A stretch of 22,963 nt of DNA from Myxococcaceae bacterium (GTDB lineage Bacteria; Myxococcota; Myxococcia; Myxococcales; Myxococcaceae). Below the pieces are notes generated by a model. The model ran no database searches. It worked only from the letters and a program-made list of their open reading frames with translations, and was not told the origin of the DNA. The translations under genes were made by a program, and so were the position numbers. The stretch is from the NCBI GenBank assembly GCA_020247085.1, contig JADCJJ010000554.1:1-22963 (forward strand), read 5' to 3'. Within the stretch, counting starts at the first letter, position 1. Each line of letters opens with the position of its first letter. Shown here in pieces: positions 21,202 through 22,963 of this stretch.

Positions 21202-22245
21202 CTACGCCGCGCGGACGTGCCGACCGGGCGGACCCGACAGGTACTCGAGCCAGCGCCGCACGGCGTCCTCGGTGAAACACGAGAGCGCTGCGAGCCCGTC
21301 GTCTGCTGCGTCGGGGCACGAGAGCAGCGCCCCTCCGATGCGCACGATGTCGTCGAGGCGGTCGGGGTCGGCCTTCCAGTAGTCGGGTGCCCACTCGATG
21401 GTGGGGCTCACCACCGAGGGGACTCCTTCTGCGACCGCGTCGGCCGTCGTGACGTTGAAGGTCTCGGTCATCGAGACCTGGAGACAGAGGTCCATGCTAC
21501 CGACCGTTCTCCGGAAGCTGGCCCAGTCCTGCCACGGGTGCTCGACGAGCCGAGCCCAGCGAAGGCCGGTGAACATCTTCCGGAGCGCGTCGAGCACCGC
21601 GCCTCCGCCCATCGTGTCGTTCTCGACCGACACCGAGAACTCGAGGTCGCAGTCGCGCTTGCGAGCGAGCACGAGCGCGGCGGCGGCTGCCGTCGTGTGG
21701 TTCTTCAGCAGCCGGAGCGCGCCGAAGCTGCCGACCCGCAGGAGCCGATGAGCGTGCTCGCGGCCGCGGCGACGGTGCACACGCTCAAGGTCGTACAGGT
21801 TCGGGAGGTGCAGCGTGTGGCCGCCGTACGCGGTCTCGAAGAAGTGTTTCAGTTCGATGCTGTTCGCCGCGACGGTGAGGTTGAGGAAGTTCTCCTGGAG
21901 GACCAGCAGTTCGCGGAGCAGCTGAATCGCCGACGGCTCGACCTGGAGGAAGGCGATCTGCGAGTGGCTCCGCACCAAGAAGTGCACATGGGGGAACGCG
22001 TGGAGCAACTCGAGCATCGGCGCGCGGCTGACCCACGGCGCCTCCAGCACACAGTGGGTCACCGTCGGATGCGCCGCGAGGGCCTTGTGAACGTCGGGAG
22101 GCTCGGCAGCGGGTGTCGCGTCGACATCCACGCCAGCGCGGCGGAGGACACGCACAGAGTGCAAGGCGTTCACGCCGAGCCCTATGGCGCTGCCCGTCGA
22201 GTTGGCCTTGGCCATGTTCCTGTAGATCAGCAGCACGTGAGCCAC
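21202..22245 (-). CDS. GT-B fold glycosyltransferase-like protein (GT4/GT1-like C-terminal domain), prophage moron
   Basis: GTG 22245 has GAGGAA 4 nt upstream. The N-terminal beta1 reads HVLLIYRN. The C-terminal SMTETFNVTTADAVAEGVPSVVS matches the E-x-F-g...lEAma-G-x-P-v-v motif of retaining GT-B enzymes. Confidence 0.65.
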   Translation of the reverse strand: MAHVLLIYRNMAKANSTGSAIGLGVNALHSVRVLRRAGVDVDATPAAEPPDVHKALAAHPTVTHCVLEAPWVSRAPMLELLHAFPHVHFLVRSHSQIAFLQVEPSAIQLLRELLVLQENFLNLTVAANSIELKHFFETAYGGHTLHLPNLYDLERVHRRRGREHAHRLLRVGSFGALRLLKNHTTAAAAALVLARKRDCDLEFSVSVENDTMGGGAVLDALRKMFTGLRWARLVEHPWQDWASFRRTVGSMDLCLQVSMTETFNVTTADAVAEGVPSVVSPTIEWAPDYWKADPDRLDDIVRIGGALLSCPDAADDGLAALSCFTEDAVRRWLEYLSGPPGRHVRAA

Positions 22246-22316
22246 GGTTTCCTCGTCGTCGACAGCGGGTCTCCAGCGCTCACGTCAAAGCCCGCTGGTC
22301 CGAAGGTCGGGGACGG

Positions 22317-22907
22317 TCAATGCAGCAACGTCGTGTCGCTGAGGTCGCTCAGGCCCAGCTCCCAGTGGTCGGGGATGACGGGTGGGAACGGTTCGACCAA
22401 GTCCACGAAGTGGGTGTGCGCGGGCTTCAGGTACTCGACGATGGCCCGGAGCTGCCTGCGCTCGGTGGTCGCCAGAATGCGCGCGACCACCACGTTGAAG
22501 GCGTACTTCGCGAAGCGGTCTGACGGCCCAAGCACCCAGTCGACTCCGAGCAGCGACTCCCCGAGAACCAGGGTGTCGGCGTTGAAGGCAGTGATGGCGA
22601 AGATGTCGATGCCGAGGAAAAAGCGGACAGCGTTCTTGATGCCCTGTGTCGTGCCCTTCTGTTGGTACATCTCGACAAGGATCGCAGCGAGCCGGCGCTT
22701 GCGCAGGACGTCGAGTTCGAATGGGAACGGGTTTCCAAGGTCCTGGAGGATGAGCTCGAGGAACTCCTCCGGCGCGCGCTCGAGGTCGAAGATGTCGGGC
22801 CAGCGGTCGACGTCGGCTAGTAGCAGGTCGGTCACCTCCTGCAGGCACGCGATGAAGCGGAAGAGGTCGCCGGTCGTGTCGTCGCGGCGGTTGTGCTTCG
22901 GCAGCAT
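22317..22907 (-). CDS. Phage baseplate/tail protein, P2 gpI-like (tail protein I family)
   Basis: [10 protein letters not shown]... and then [57 protein letters not shown]. This matches the tail-protein-I pattern: LLP..., ..fL..LA..lG, kR.li......KGT..g........g. The same frame stays open up to the window edge, so the true start could lie beyond 22963. Confidence 0.65.
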   Translation of the reverse strand: MLPKHNRRDDTTGDLFRFIACLQEVTDLLLADVDRWPDIFDLERAPEEFLELILQDLGNPFPFELDVLRKRRLAAILVEMYQQKGTTQGIKNAVRFFLGIDIFAITAFNADTLVLGESLLGVDWVLGPSDRFAKYAFNVVVARILATTERRQLRAIVEYLKPAHTHFVDLVEPFPPVIPDHWELGLSDLSDTTLLH

Positions 22908-22963
22908 CTGCCACAGGTCGAAGCGGCGGCTCTGGAGGCGTGGCGCGCGGAAGCCCGTGAAGC

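Larger units (their letters stand above)
9253..22963. mobile_element. Prophage-like, horizontally acquired block adjoining the 3' end of tRNA-Asn; its distal end lies outside the window
   Basis: G+C drops abruptly after the tRNA terminator. Gene orientation is almost uniformly minus. The block carries phage baseplate and tail-fibre genes, an excisionase-type HTH protein, a DUF2924/RHH regulator, a phage-type tRNA and cargo modules. No integrase or att repeat copy is visible inside the window. Confidence 0.6.

Noticed and set aside
20949-21394. ORFs 20949..21137 (+) and 21014..21394 (-)
   Set aside because: The first is antisense to the PTH2-like frame. The second is an Arg-rich frame overlapping the glycosyltransferase 3' end. 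Neither has credible composition.
22285-22914. 209-aa Arg/Pro-rich ORF overlapping the gpI-like gene
   Set aside because: It is an out-of-frame shadow of the gene carrying the tail-protein-I motifs.
9292-22963. Searched by eye for CRISPR arrays, IS elements, transposase or integrase genes in the accessory block
   Set aside because: I found no regularly spaced repeats of CRISPR dimensions, no terminal inverted repeats bracketing a transposase-like ORF, and no tyrosine or serine recombinase motifs in any credible frame within the window.

Overview
High-G+C, Myxococcota-like DNA in two parts. (A) nt 1-9250 looks like ordinary chromosome. It carries a 5'-truncated Ig-like-repeat surface protein with a MYXO-CTERM-type sorting tail, and a Hanks Ser/Thr kinase with a polytopic membrane C-terminus. 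It also has a lipoprotein alpha/beta-hydrolase, an MJ1255-type glycosyltransferase, a small membrane protein and a benzoate-CoA-ligase-family aryl-CoA ligase. An RsmB/NOP-type RNA m5C methyltransferase is translationally coupled to a small degenerate HD-family protein. This part ends with tRNA-Asn(GTT), which has its own promoter-like element and a clean terminator. (B) From just after the tRNA to the window edge (about 9253-22963) G+C drops: spot counts are 37/60 at 12241-12300 versus 45/60 at 6001-6060. Almost every gene here is on the minus strand, and the content looks like the accessory end of a contractile-tailed prophage. It has a P2 gpI-like baseplate protein and a tail-fibre-like protein with repeated motifs, with a moron cluster between them: a GT-B glycosyltransferase, a PTH2-like ORF with no usable start codon, a 122-aa ORF, and a tRNA with a 9-nt anticodon loop. 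Further on come small phage-type ORFs, a DUF2924-like/RHH regulator, and a five-gene overlapping operon built around a glutamine-synthetase-like amidoligase and two gamma-glutamylcyclotransferase-fold proteins. A 977-aa PHP-domain + Rad50/SMC-like ABC ATPase with an acidic partner follows, then a tandem excisionase-type HTH protein next to the tRNA. I saw no CRISPR array, rRNA, IS/transposase or integrase. The many long Arg/Ala/Pro-rich ORFs in the track are high-G+C frame shadows. All functional calls come from motif recognition by eye, with no database search.
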